From Fluviispira sanaruensis (GTDB taxonomy: Bacteria > Bdellovibrionota_B > Oligoflexia > Silvanigrellales > Silvanigrellaceae): a DNA stretch of 64,000 bases. The notes beneath the pieces are model-generated. The model searched no databases, was not told the DNA's origin, and worked only from the letters and a program-made list of their open reading frames with translations. Where the stretch lies: NCBI RefSeq assembly GCF_004295685.1, contig NZ_AP019368.1, positions 1,056,364-1,120,363 on the forward strand, read 5' to 3'. Of the stretch, positions 38,475-48,559 are shown piece after piece; the first letter of the stretch is position 1, and each line of letters opens with the position of its first letter. The translations under genes were made by a program, and so were the position numbers.

Positions 38475-39827
38475 ATGAAAACAGCTGGTTTTTTAATTAC
38501 GGGCAATGAAGTTCTATCTGCAAAAACTAAAGATACAAATGGCCCATTTATGGGCATGCATTTGCGGCGTATAGGTGTTTCTGTCAAAGCTTCTATGATG
38601 TGTTCTGATTTAAAAACAGATCTCAATGATTGTCTTAATTATTTGGCTGAGCGGTGTGATGTGATCTTAATGACAGGAGGTTTGGGACCAACTTCGGATG
38701 ACTTAACAGCAGAAGTTGTTGCTGAATTTTTTAACATTCCAGTTCAATTTAACCAAGAAGCTTGGGAAGCTTGTGCCGCTTTTTTTATCAAAGCTGGGAG
38801 AGATTCCATTCCAGAAAGCAATAAAAAGCAGGCTTTGCTTCCTCAGGGCTGCGAACTTTTACCAAATAAGCTTGGCACTGCTGCAGGATTTTGCACGACA
38901 GGCAAAAAATTTGGTAAAACTCTTAAAATATATTCTTTGCCAGGTGTTCCCTATGAAATGGAACCCATGTTTTTAGAATATGTTTTGCCCAATTTAACTG
39001 ATCCTGAATCTATGCCGGTCGTAAAAAACTGGCAAGTTTTTATTATGGGTGAATCCTTTATGCAGACAGCAATTGAAAAGGCGGAGAAAGCCCTCATAGC
39101 AAAATATCCAAATGCTGTTGTTTCTTACCAAGCTCATCCTTATTATGTGTCATATGGAATTACTCTTTTCCCTAGGTCTGTCATTGAAAAAATGGAATGT
39201 GAAAATTATTTATATGTAGTTTATTCAGCTGAAGTAGAGAATGCATTTGCTAAACATATTTTATATGCAGAAGATAAAAAGGTTCCGCATTATATTTTAG
39301 ATCGTCTCGAATATTTAAAGTTAAGTATTGCTTTTGCGGAAAGCTCCTGTGCGGGTTATTTAAGTAAAGAATTTAGTTCATTGAATAAAAGTTCTCAATA
39401 CTTTTTAGGTTCTATTGTTACAAATAATAAGGATATTAGAAATAATTTGTTATTTAACTCCGAAGATAATAAAATGAAATCAACTGAAGATCTTGTGGTT
39501 GCTATGTCTTTATCAACTTTACAAAAATTCAATTCTGATATTACTCTCTCGGAATTTAAAAATAAAGAAGAGATGTGCACAAATACTAATCTAGATATAA
39601 AAGAAGGATTTTATTTGGCAATGGCTTTTAAAAAGAAAAGTCTAGAAAATATAGAGAAAATAAAAGATCTCCTTGCAAAATTCTCTTGGATAAAAAATGA
39701 AAATGTAAATAAACAGGATATTTATGTTTTCTCATGCTTTATAAAATCGAATCAGCGTCACACTCCTGATGTTCAAAAAACCAGAGCTGTTCATTATTTG
39801 CTTTGCTCACTCTCAGCAGTTTTATGA
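38475..39827 (+). CDS. cinA: CinA-family protein (MoCF-binding N-domain plus CinA C-domain)
   Basis: The N-terminus FLITGNEVLSAKTKDTNGPFM...ILMTGGLGPTSDDLT is MocF/CinA-like. The C-terminus is SIAFAESSCAGYLSKEF (CinA AESCTGG-like). Confidence 0.65.
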   Translation: MKTAGFLITGNEVLSAKTKDTNGPFMGMHLRRIGVSVKASMMCSDLKTDLNDCLNYLAERCDVILMTGGLGPTSDDLTAEVVAEFFNIPVQFNQEAWEACAAFFIKAGRDSIPESNKKQALLPQGCELLPNKLGTAAGFCTTGKKFGKTLKIYSLPGVPYEMEPMFLEYVLPNLTDPESMPVVKNWQVFIMGESFMQTAIEKAEKALIAKYPNAVVSYQAHPYYVSYGITLFPRSVIEKMECENYLYVVYSAEVENAFAKHILYAEDKKVPHYILDRLEYLKLSIAFAESSCAGYLSKEFSSLNKSSQYFLGSIVTNNKDIRNNLLFNSEDNKMKSTEDLVVAMSLSTLQKFNSDITLSEFKNKEEMCTNTNLDIKEGFYLAMAFKKKSLENIEKIKDLLAKFSWIKNENVNKQDIYVFSCFIKSNQRHTPDVQKTRAVHYLLCSLSAVL

Positions 39828-39867
39828 ACAAACCTGTGCTCCCTTTGAAGCGTGATGCTCGCTGCTT

Positions 39868-40656
39868 TCAATGAGCATAACTGTCGTGCCAATTTCTGAG
39901 TAAGAGATATGATATAAAGTGGAATAGACTGTAAATTAAAATACCTAAAGTCGTGATAATAAATAAAGCTGCAAATAATTTGTCAGTTTCTAAGTTGTAT
40001 CCTGCCATTAATAAAATATACGCAATTCCTGAAGCTTTTCCACCTGTACCTGCAATAAACTCAGCAGAAATACCTCCTATTAAGGCCAATGCTCCTGATA
40101 TTTTTAAGCCATTTAAAAATGCAGGAAGTGCTGATGGAATAAATAATTTTTTCAGTATAAAAGTATTGGAAGCACCATAGATTTTAAAAATTTTGATCAA
40201 AGATTTATCCGTACTTTTGAGTCCGGAAAGAGTTGTGGAAATTATAGGGAAGATACATGCAATCCATGCACAAATCACTAAGGTTAAAAAAGTATTACTT
40301 TTAAACCAAATAATTAATAGTGGAATAATAGAAACAATAGGAGTTGTTTGCAAGATAACGATATATGGAGAGATGGCTTTATCGAGAATTTTATATTGAA
40401 ATACGCTGATTGCAATGAATACACCAGATAGGATTGATAAAAAAATTGCTAAAAATGTTATACTTAATGTTATCATTGTTGCAAAAATAAAAGTTTTTAG
40501 ATTGGTAATAAATGCAACAAATACATCGAGTGGAGTGGGGAGAAAATATTTTGGAATATGAAACAAAATAATTATACTTTGCCAGAAGGTAAAAATAATA
40601 ATAAGAAAAATCAATGGATAAATAATTGAGGAGATATTTGGTTTTATTTTAGTCAT
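39868..40656 (-). CDS. ABC transporter permease (NitT/TauT family)
   Basis: It has 6 TM segments and the EAA-like loop (LKKLFIPSALPAFLNGLKISGALALIGGISAEF). It overlaps the upstream ATPase gene. Confidence 0.8.
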   Translation of the reverse strand: MTKIKPNISSIIYPLIFLIIIFTFWQSIIILFHIPKYFLPTPLDVFVAFITNLKTFIFATMITLSITFLAIFLSILSGVFIAISVFQYKILDKAISPYIVILQTTPIVSIIPLLIIWFKSNTFLTLVICAWIACIFPIISTTLSGLKSTDKSLIKIFKIYGASNTFILKKLFIPSALPAFLNGLKISGALALIGGISAEFIAGTGGKASGIAYILLMAGYNLETDKLFAALFIITTLGILIYSLFHFISYLLLRNWHDSYAH

Positions 40657-41383
40657 TTTGGTTTTCCAATATCGTACGGATTTTGACGCAATTCTTATGA
40701 AAATCTTCCGAATTTCTATAGTTTTTTATACTAGATTTATCTTTCTCAATTTTAATTTGACCAATTATTTTTCCAGGGTGTGCTGAAAAAATATATATCC
40801 GATTGCATAAAGAAACTGCTTCAGCAATATTATGAGTCACAAATACACTGGTTAATTTTTTCTTTAAATAGATTTCATAGATTTCATCTGCTAGTCTTTC
40901 ACGCAGAATTTGATCAAGTGCAGCAAAAGGTTCATCCATAAGTATAACTTCAGGATCTGTGATGAGTGCACGCGCAATAGATGCTCGCATTTTCATCCCT
41001 CCTGATAGTTCTCTTGGAAAATGTTTTTTAAATTTTTGTAAATCTAATATTTGTAAATATTTATTTACTTTTTCAGAAATTTCTTTTTGTGGTGTATTCA
41101 AAATTTCGAGCGGTATTGCAATATTTTGTTCTAGATTTTTCCAAGGCATAAGACAAGAATCTTGAAAGACAAACGCTGATTTTCTTTTTGTAGAATTATT
41201 TTTTAAGTGACCAGAGGATATCTTTTCTAGGCCTGATATTAGTGTGAGAAGGGTAGATTTACCGCACCCTGAGGGGCCTAAAATTCCTACAAACTCACCT
41301 TTTTCAATTTCCATCGTCACATTTTTTAGAACTGTTAGATTTTTATATGTTTTACTCACGTTCTCTAATTTGATAAAGTTCAC
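40649..41383 (-). CDS. ABC transporter ATP-binding protein (NitT/TauT family)
   Basis: GPSGCGKST, LSGGMKMRASIARAL and ILMDEPFAALD are present. Confidence 0.85.
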   Translation of the reverse strand: MNFIKLENVSKTYKNLTVLKNVTMEIEKGEFVGILGPSGCGKSTLLTLISGLEKISSGHLKNNSTKRKSAFVFQDSCLMPWKNLEQNIAIPLEILNTPQKEISEKVNKYLQILDLQKFKKHFPRELSGGMKMRASIARALITDPEVILMDEPFAALDQILRERLADEIYEIYLKKKLTSVFVTHNIAEAVSLCNRIYIFSAHPGKIIGQIKIEKDKSSIKNYRNSEDFHKNCVKIRTILENQND

Positions 41384-41438
41384 TTGTTATCTCTTTTTCA
41401 GGAGTGTTTCATTAAGCACAACATATTTCCATAGGATA

Positions 41439-42476
41439 ATGTCAATGAGAAAATATCTTAAGTCAGATTTTAGAAGTGTACCATATTTTATTTTGCTAAT
41501 TGTAATAGCAGCTATTGTTATTTATGTTCTAGGTGCAAAAAAAGAGAATAATACTCAAGAACGAGATAATACAAACTCGTTTGCTTTAACTCTTGGAACC
41601 GATTGGTTTGCGCAAGCGGAACATGGTGGATTTTATCAAGCAGTTGCTGCAGGAATTTATAAAAAATATGGACTCAACGTAAATATTAAAATGGGTGGTC
41701 CGCAAGTCAATGGATTGCAGCTCCTCTTAGCAGATGAGGTGCAATTTTATATTCCCAATTCTTACATGATGATAAGTGCTGCAAAACAAAAATTACCTCT
41801 TATGAGTGTTGCTGCCATCTTTCAAAAAGATATTCAAGTTTTATTAGCGCATCCGAATGTTGGAAACGATACAATGGAAAGCTTAAAAAACAAACCTATT
41901 TTTATCTCTGTTCCCACAGCAGCTTCTATATGGGGATTTCTAGTTGGGCGTTTTGGATATTCTGACAGCCAAAAAAAATCCTACTCTCATTCTCTAACCC
42001 CATTTTTACAAAATAAAAATTCTGTTCAAGAAGGAATTTTAACATCAGAGCCTTACTTGATTGAAAAAAAATATGGATTTAAACCTGTTACCTTGCTTTT
42101 ATCTGATTATGGTTTTTCAGGCTATGGAGAGTTGTTAACCACAACACTAAAATTTGAAAGAGAGCATCCTGAGGTGGTTGGAAAATTTGTCCAAGCGACA
42201 ATTGAGGGATGGAAAAATTATCTAGAAGATCCCGTTTTAGGTAATGAACTTATAAAAAAAGCAAATCCAAATATGACAGATGATTTGTTAAAATTTGCAC
42301 ATAAAAAACTCATAAGTGAAAATATTTTAACAGGAAAGGATGGAAATTTATTTGAAATTGGCGCCATGACAGACGTTCGTTGGTCTGAATTTATGAATAT
42401 GCTTATTAAAAATCATGTTTTTGATGAAAATGTAGATTATAAATCCATTTATACTTTGAAATATTTAAACAAATAA
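41439..42476 (+). CDS. ABC transporter substrate-binding protein, NMT1/THI5/SsuA-like
   Basis: It has a signal anchor and LTLGTDWFAQAEHGGFYQAVAAGIYKKYGLNVNI (SsuA/NMT1-like). It lies divergent from the permease/ATPase pair. The ATG at 41439 or 41445 is preferred over the listed start. Confidence 0.65.
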   Translation: MSMRKYLKSDFRSVPYFILLIVIAAIVIYVLGAKKENNTQERDNTNSFALTLGTDWFAQAEHGGFYQAVAAGIYKKYGLNVNIKMGGPQVNGLQLLLADEVQFYIPNSYMMISAAKQKLPLMSVAAIFQKDIQVLLAHPNVGNDTMESLKNKPIFISVPTAASIWGFLVGRFGYSDSQKKSYSHSLTPFLQNKNSVQEGILTSEPYLIEKKYGFKPVTLLLSDYGFSGYGELLTTTLKFEREHPEVVGKFVQATIEGWKNYLEDPVLGNELIKKANPNMTDDLLKFAHKKLISENILTGKDGNLFEIGAMTDVRWSEFMNMLIKNHVFDENVDYKSIYTLKYLNK

Positions 42477-42838
42477 TTTATTTTGTTTTGTTTTTTTTAA
42501 AAATTAATATTCAAAAATAATTTTTTATTTTATTATTAATTTTTAATTATAAAAATTTGTCTTAAAATATCTATTAATAATATTGCTTAAAAAAAATAAA
42601 TATTAAAGTGGGAATGAATTCAGTTGCTTTTCTTGATTTTGTATATCATTTGAATTAAACAAAGATTATAAGAATTTTCTTATAGGAGTTTATTTGTTTA
42701 AAGAGCGTTTGTAATAAAACGTTAGAAAGGAATTTGAATATAATTATAAGGTAAAAATTATATATGTATATCCACTATTTTTAATTTTTAAAAATAGTTG
42801 TTTTTTTGTATTAAAAATTTAAATGCTTAGGTGAAATC

Positions 42839-45800
42839 GTGTGTTATGAAATTAAAATAAGAAAAATTATAGTCTGTTTTTTAGCGTTCTTGCTATATTC
42901 TTGCGGAGCGTTGGAAAAAAAAGAAATATTTTTAAAAAATACTAATACTTATTTTGTCCCGCATACAAATGCCAAAAGAAAAGTTTATATAGATAATAAG
43001 AATGGAATTATAATTGTCCATGGCTTGAAAAAATTCAGTGAACTTGAAAAAAATAAAGATGAAGTTATTTTTCAATATGAGTCAAATTATGATCTCTATG
43101 TAAATAAGATCTTAATGAAAAACTCTGTTGTGACGATCTCTGATATCTTAACTGCGTATAGAAATGAATTGCCTATTGAAATCCCAATTAATATAAAGAA
43201 TAAGGTAAATAATACGGATGAAAAGGTTTTTCTTCTAACATTTTCAAAATTGCCTATTTTAGAAATTAAAGAAAATAATATTTTAAAACATCCAATAATA
43301 AGAAATAATACTATTTCAATTACAAAATATAATGATGAGAATAAATACAATGCTGAGATAAAGATAAATATAAGAGGAAAAGGGAGTTTAAATAATCCAA
43401 AATCATCTTACGCTATCTATGGTAATGACGATTTTTCAAATTATTTGAAAGAAAATTTTAAAATTTTTTCTAAATCAAATGAATATAGCTTATTTTCTTC
43501 TTACAATGATTCATCTTTTTTACGAGAAAAATTTGGTCATGATCTGTTCAATAGGCAAATTTCAGGTAATGAGATTCATGAAATTATTCGCATGCATTAT
43601 GTTGATGTATTTATCGAAGGTGAGTACGTTGGAGTGTATGCTCTAATGAATACTCTTAATCCAACAGATTTAGTTTATGAAAATAAAGATGAGAATAAAT
43701 TTTCTATGCTTGAAATGAATGCACAGAATCTTTACTCCATTAAAAAAAGCAATGAAAAATCGTTGAACGAAGCATTGCTTGGTCAAAAAGTTGATTTTTT
43801 TAGTGAAGGAAAGTTACATAACAAAGCTTCAGGATTAGCATCATTTGCCAATCGTAACGTATTATGTCACCCGGATTATGTGAATTTAATTGATAAAAAA
43901 TATGGTTTTGCATATTTATCGACTATATTGGCTTTACAGGCGGTTGATAATTTAACAAATAATGTTCATTTAGCCATTCACCCAGCGTTGAGTAAAAGTG
44001 AATTATGGAATAAAGAACAGATGTTTTTACCAAGCTTTAAAATTTATTATATTCCATGGGATCTTGATATGTCTCTCGGTTTAATGGGGTGGAAAAAAGA
44101 AGTTGTATTTCAGTTTGATGCAAATAATTATAACAAAATATATAATTATGGTGGTATTTTTACAAAGCCTCCATACAATGTTCCTTTAGAAAATCAAGCA
44201 AGCTTGTTGACATGCTATACAAGATCATATGGTTCTCATGTTAGTTTTAAAGATGAGTTTAATAAATATTGGCTAGAAAATAAAGAAAATTATAATGGCC
44301 ATTTTAGTAACACTCGGCTTAAAAAAGAATTAAGTGAAAATTTTGATATTTTAGATGAAAATGGAGCTTATGCTCGGGACTTTAAGCGTTGGTCATCACG
44401 TTCTGGTAGTAAATTTTCTACTTACGATTTAAATCAATTGATGGGTTGGTTAGACAATCGTCTAGGCTTTGTCGAAAAAGAATTTTTAAAAATTGATACA
44501 AATGAAATTATTAAATATAAGAAAAAGCAAAGCGTTCGTTATCATTCAAAAATCAATGTTATTCATTTTGACCCTAAACAAGTAAAGCTTGCCATAGAAA
44601 CGAAAGAACATATTACTGGACAAAGTGATACAAGCCTTGTCCGCAATATTTTTAATAATGCAGCTTTAACATTTACAGATCTATATGTTCAAGATAAAAA
44701 TAATATAGCTGGTCTTACAGGCGGTTTCTTTGAATACTGGTTCAATGGAAATTTTGTGCATTACAAAGATAGTAATCTAGATGAAGATGATATTAATAAT
44801 TACTTTAAAGTTTTTAATCAGAAAATGATTCAGACCTGTGATAAAGAAGGATATTATCCAAAGGAAGGAGTGGTTACATTACCTATAGGAATATTAAAAA
44901 TAAATGATAAATGGTATTCATCGGAAGAAAAATTAACAGATGTTGTTGGTTGGAATGAAAGTGGTGAATATATTTTAGACAGAGTTAAAGTCGTTTGGGA
45001 TGTTGTTTCAGCAGATGGCACATCGCTCTTTAAAAATCTAAAAAAGATTGGCTCAAACTTTGTTTTATCTTCGCCAAAAATAAACGTATTTCGTTCAGAT
45101 GCGATCAATCAAGAAGGAAGTCCTGAATATATAAGTAAGAATATTTCCCCAAAAAGAGACACTCAGAATATAGTTATTTATTTTGATACTTTTTCAAATA
45201 GGACAAGAACACCTGATAACGGGCTAGAAATTATCGTTGAAAACGATATTATTCAAAATATTACGAGTGAAGGGAATAACCTTATTCCTAAAAATGGATT
45301 TGTGCTTTCTATTAGCAATGACTATCTTAAAAATAATAATTTGTTGGAAGAAATTAAAAAGCTTAAACTTGGAGCTCAATTGAAATCGGTATATGTATTT
45401 ATGGATGAAAATAATAAACCGACTCACGCTTTCGAAAATATGCCTTATGTACGTGGTAAAGTGCAGACTCTTGTCTTGAATAAAAAAACAGCGGTGGTTA
45501 AATCAAAAGGAAATATTCGTGATATGTATATTGATTCCACTCGGAAAGTGAAAAATCTTTCTCAGTACCTTGACGTAGACTTTTATGGGAAAAAACATCC
45601 AAGAACGGCTTTATGTTTTAGAAAAGAAGTAAAAAATGGAAATAAAGTTGAGTCAAAATGGTCTTTGGTATTGGTTGATGGACGGCAAAGAGCGTCCTTT
45701 GGCATGAAAATAAATGAATTATCCGATTATCTCGTCAATCATTTAAAGTGTGATGATGCTATTAATTTAGATGGTGGAAGTTCAGCTAATATGATCGCGC

Positions 45801-45904
45801 ATGGCATGAAAATGAATGTCAGTGGTTCATGGTGGGGCTATTGTGCTGGCATACCGAGGCCTGTTTCCGATATAATTGTCCTTAAAGAAAAAAGCTCAAA
45901 CTGA
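42839..45904 (+). CDS. Large lipoprotein with a CotH kinase-like domain and a C-terminal phosphodiester glycosidase (NAGPA/DUF2233-like) domain
   Basis: It has a lipobox (FLLYSCG). The CotH signature is FLREKFGHDLFNR...VDVFIEGEYVGVYALMNTLNPTDLV. The C-terminal AINLDGGSSANMIAHG is typical of phosphodiester glycosidases. It is preceded by 360 bp of extremely AT-rich noncoding DNA. Confidence 0.6.
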   Translation: MCYEIKIRKIIVCFLAFLLYSCGALEKKEIFLKNTNTYFVPHTNAKRKVYIDNKNGIIIVHGLKKFSELEKNKDEVIFQYESNYDLYVNKILMKNSVVTISDILTAYRNELPIEIPINIKNKVNNTDEKVFLLTFSKLPILEIKENNILKHPIIRNNTISITKYNDENKYNAEIKINIRGKGSLNNPKSSYAIYGNDDFSNYLKENFKIFSKSNEYSLFSSYNDSSFLREKFGHDLFNRQISGNEIHEIIRMHYVDVFIEGEYVGVYALMNTLNPTDLVYENKDENKFSMLEMNAQNLYSIKKSNEKSLNEALLGQKVDFFSEGKLHNKASGLASFANRNVLCHPDYVNLIDKKYGFAYLSTILALQAVDNLTNNVHLAIHPALSKSELWNKEQMFLPSFKIYYIPWDLDMSLGLMGWKKEVVFQFDANNYNKIYNYGGIFTKPPYNVPLENQASLLTCYTRSYGSHVSFKDEFNKYWLENKENYNGHFSNTRLKKELSENFDILDENGAYARDFKRWSSRSGSKFSTYDLNQLMGWLDNRLGFVEKEFLKIDTNEIIKYKKKQSVRYHSKINVIHFDPKQVKLAIETKEHITGQSDTSLVRNIFNNAALTFTDLYVQDKNNIAGLTGGFFEYWFNGNFVHYKDSNLDEDDINNYFKVFNQKMIQTCDKEGYYPKEGVVTLPIGILKINDKWYSSEEKLTDVVGWNESGEYILDRVKVVWDVVSADGTSLFKNLKKIGSNFVLSSPKINVFRSDAINQEGSPEYISKNISPKRDTQNIVIYFDTFSNRTRTPDNGLEIIVENDIIQNITSEGNNLIPKNGFVLSISNDYLKNNNLLEEIKKLKLGAQLKSVYVFMDENNKPTHAFENMPYVRGKVQTLVLNKKTAVVKSKGNIRDMYIDSTRKVKNLSQYLDVDFYGKKHPRTALCFRKEVKNGNKVESKWSLVLVDGRQRASFGMKINELSDYLVNHLKCDDAINLDGGSSANMIAHGMKMNVSGSWWGYCAGIPRPVSDIIVLKEKSSN

Positions 45905-46588
45905 TCATTTGATCTTTTTGAGCTTTTGATAAATTTCCAATACATCAATAGGAAATTTAGGATTCTGTACGGCTTCGATGGGCAGTTGTAGGTTTTCTGC
46001 TATGATTTCTTGAATGCGAGATAGATGTAAGTTGGTCCGCTCCAATTGGCTTTTTTTAGCCCACTTTGCAGCAGCGACAATAAGACTCGAAACTTGATCT
46101 GCTGTGAGCTTTTCGGTGTTGATTGTCACGTCAAAGTCACTGTGATCATCGATATCTAAGCCATAAAGTCTTAAATATCTTTTTCTATTTTGTTCATCTC
46201 GCTTTAAAGTTTTATAAAGTACTTGCTCATAACTCGATTCTTTTTCGCTTTCACGCCTATTGATTCGGGTTGCTCTCGTTTCGAGGGGGGCATGTAACCA
46301 GATGCGCAGTTCTGCATCCATTAACCATGCTGCTAAGCGGGTTCCAACGACAATATTTTCATTGGAAATTGCGTTTCGTATGAGAGTTAAATCTGTTAAA
46401 TAATCATAAATAAGATTTGTACTTGCTTCTTTATGAATTTCTTCAAAATTTAAAGATAAATCACGCGCTAAATCGCGAAATGTGTAGTTTACTATTTTGA
46501 GCTGAAGAGCTTTACCAACATTTGTTGTTGCTGTTGTGTTGCCGCATCCGCTATGTCCTGAAATTGCAATTCTCATGAGAGTCTCCAT
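45905..46588 (-). CDS. Cytidylate kinase-like P-loop protein
   Basis: The N-terminal P-loop is IAISGHSGCGNTT. At about 227 aa it fits the cytidylate_kin2-like family. Confidence 0.45.
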   Translation of the reverse strand: METLMRIAISGHSGCGNTTATTNVGKALQLKIVNYTFRDLARDLSLNFEEIHKEASTNLIYDYLTDLTLIRNAISNENIVVGTRLAAWLMDAELRIWLHAPLETRATRINRRESEKESSYEQVLYKTLKRDEQNRKRYLRLYGLDIDDHSDFDVTINTEKLTADQVSSLIVAAAKWAKKSQLERTNLHLSRIQEIIAENLQLPIEAVQNPKFPIDVLEIYQKLKKIK

Positions 46589-46697
46589 TTTTTACGCGTC
46601 GCTTTATCCATAAATGCATTTGTTGGTTGATTCAATGCTCATGTCAGTTTAGTTTAACAAATTGTCTATTGGATAGCTTTGAAAGGATTTTTCATTT

Positions 46698-47033
46698 ATG
46701 ACAACAGATTTTTCACGTGAATCCGTAAAACGTATAGCTGAACTGAGCAGATTGCATCTGTCAGAAGATGAAATAACACGTTATCAAAAAGAACTTGCTA
46801 AAATTCTTCAAGCTTTTGAAGCACTCTCGCAAGTGCCTTTGCCTGATGAACTTTCCGGTGATGCCCGCTCAGCGCTTGGTATAGCAAAAGGGCTTGCCGC
46901 CGATGAATCTCTTTCGAGAATGCATCCCGATGAAGCTAAAAATACAATTGCCACTCCCGATTTTCTTGCACAAGCTCCTGATAGGGAAGGTGTTTTTCTA
47001 AGAGTTCCGGCTATATTAGCTTCATCAACTTAA
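46698..47033 (+). CDS. gatC: Glutamyl/aspartyl-tRNA amidotransferase subunit C
   Basis: IAELSRLHLSEDEITRYQKELAKILQAFEAL is present, and the gene lies upstream of gatA. Confidence 0.85.
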   Translation: MTTDFSRESVKRIAELSRLHLSEDEITRYQKELAKILQAFEALSQVPLPDELSGDARSALGIAKGLAADESLSRMHPDEAKNTIATPDFLAQAPDREGVFLRVPAILASST

Positions 47034-47053
47034 TAAGAATAAGAGAATTCATT

Positions 47054-48535
47054 ATGAGTCATAAAAATAAATTTAGTTCTGAATTTGTCAAAAATATTAA
47101 TCAACATTCAGCATATTCTTTGGCAAAAGCGTTCCGTTCGGGGGAAAGAAAACCCAGTCAATATTTGGAACAATTGTTTGAGCACATTGAAAAACAAAAC
47201 CCTGAATTGAATGCATTGACAAGTCTACAAAAAGAATATGCATTTGCACGAGCCAAGGAATTGGAAAGCAAAAAGCCGGCAGTAGACCAACTTCTGTATG
47301 GGGTGCCTGTTGTTATTAAGGAAAATATTCAAAAGATTGGATTTTCCGTAGAGTGTGCCTCAAAAATGCTAAAAGGTTATCGTGGGCAATTTGATTCCTC
47401 TGCTGTTACTTCTTTAGAAAAAGCAGGAGCTATTCTTATCGGCAGTGCTAATATGGATGAATTTGCTATGGGTTCAGCAAATGAGCACAGCGCACATGGA
47501 GCAGTCAAGAATCCGCACGACCCCAAGCGTGTGAGTGGGGGATCGAGCGGCGGCTCATCGGTCGCTTGTGCAGCAGGCTTTGCGCCCATTTCTTTAGGGT
47601 CTGACACGGGTGGCAGCGTCCGCGAACCAGCTGCTTTTTGTGGCATATTTGGCTTCAAACCCACTTATGGACGAGTTTCACGCTATGGCCTCGTTGCTTT
47701 CGGATCGAGTCTCGATCAAATCTCTCCTTTCGCTAGAACGGTAGAAGATCTCGACCTCGTGCTTAGAGTGATTGCGCATGAGGATCCACTCGATGCTACT
47801 TCTCTAAGAGGCTGTTATGAATCTCAAATAGAAAAAGGAACACTCAAAGGAAAAAAAGTAGGAGTCATTCGCAGTTTGCTAAAATCTGGGTTGGATGAGA
47901 ATGTCTCTGAACAGTTTTCAAATCTTGAGGAGAGCTTAAAACAACAAGGTGTAGAATTCGTAGATATTGAAATTCCATCTTTGTCTCATACTTTAAGTGT
48001 TTATTATGTCATCGCATGTGCAGAAGCATCGAGTAATTTATCGCGCTTTGATGGCATTCGCTTTGGACACCGCGCAGAAAATACTGAAGATTTAGCAGAT
48101 CTTTACAGCAAATCTCGTTCAGAGGGATTTGGGGACGAAGTGAAGCGTAGAATTATGCTAGGGACATTTACTTTAAGTGCTGGTTACTATGATGCCTTTT
48201 ATGGTCGAGCCCTCGCTGTGCGTGATATGATGGCTAAAGAGTTTGCTGCGGTTTTTAAAGATTTAGATTTTATTTATATGCCTACAGCACCAACAAGTGC
48301 ATTTAAATTTGGTGAAAATTCTCATGATCCTCTCAAAGAATATCTGTATGATGTTTTCACTATTCCTGCCAACTTAACAGGAATTCCCGCAATATCTTTA
48401 CCTGCAAATGTAAAAGAGGGATGCTTACCTGTTGGGCTTCAGTTTATGGCTGCTAAGGGAAGGGATGCTGAGTTGATTGCATTTGCTGCTGCTCTCGAAA
48501 AAGCAAAACTTGTTGGAACAACAGCATTGGTTTGA
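47054..48535 (+). CDS. gatA: Glutamyl/aspartyl-tRNA amidotransferase subunit A
   Basis: The amidase signature GGSSGGSSVACAAGFAPISLGSDTGGSVREPAAFCG is present, at GatA length. Confidence 0.95.
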   Translation: MSHKNKFSSEFVKNINQHSAYSLAKAFRSGERKPSQYLEQLFEHIEKQNPELNALTSLQKEYAFARAKELESKKPAVDQLLYGVPVVIKENIQKIGFSVECASKMLKGYRGQFDSSAVTSLEKAGAILIGSANMDEFAMGSANEHSAHGAVKNPHDPKRVSGGSSGGSSVACAAGFAPISLGSDTGGSVREPAAFCGIFGFKPTYGRVSRYGLVAFGSSLDQISPFARTVEDLDLVLRVIAHEDPLDATSLRGCYESQIEKGTLKGKKVGVIRSLLKSGLDENVSEQFSNLEESLKQQGVEFVDIEIPSLSHTLSVYYVIACAEASSNLSRFDGIRFGHRAENTEDLADLYSKSRSEGFGDEVKRRIMLGTFTLSAGYYDAFYGRALAVRDMMAKEFAAVFKDLDFIYMPTAPTSAFKFGENSHDPLKEYLYDVFTIPANLTGIPAISLPANVKEGCLPVGLQFMAAKGRDAELIAFAAALEKAKLVGTTALV

Positions 48536-48559
48536 ACTCTTTAAAAGGTAACAAAATTT

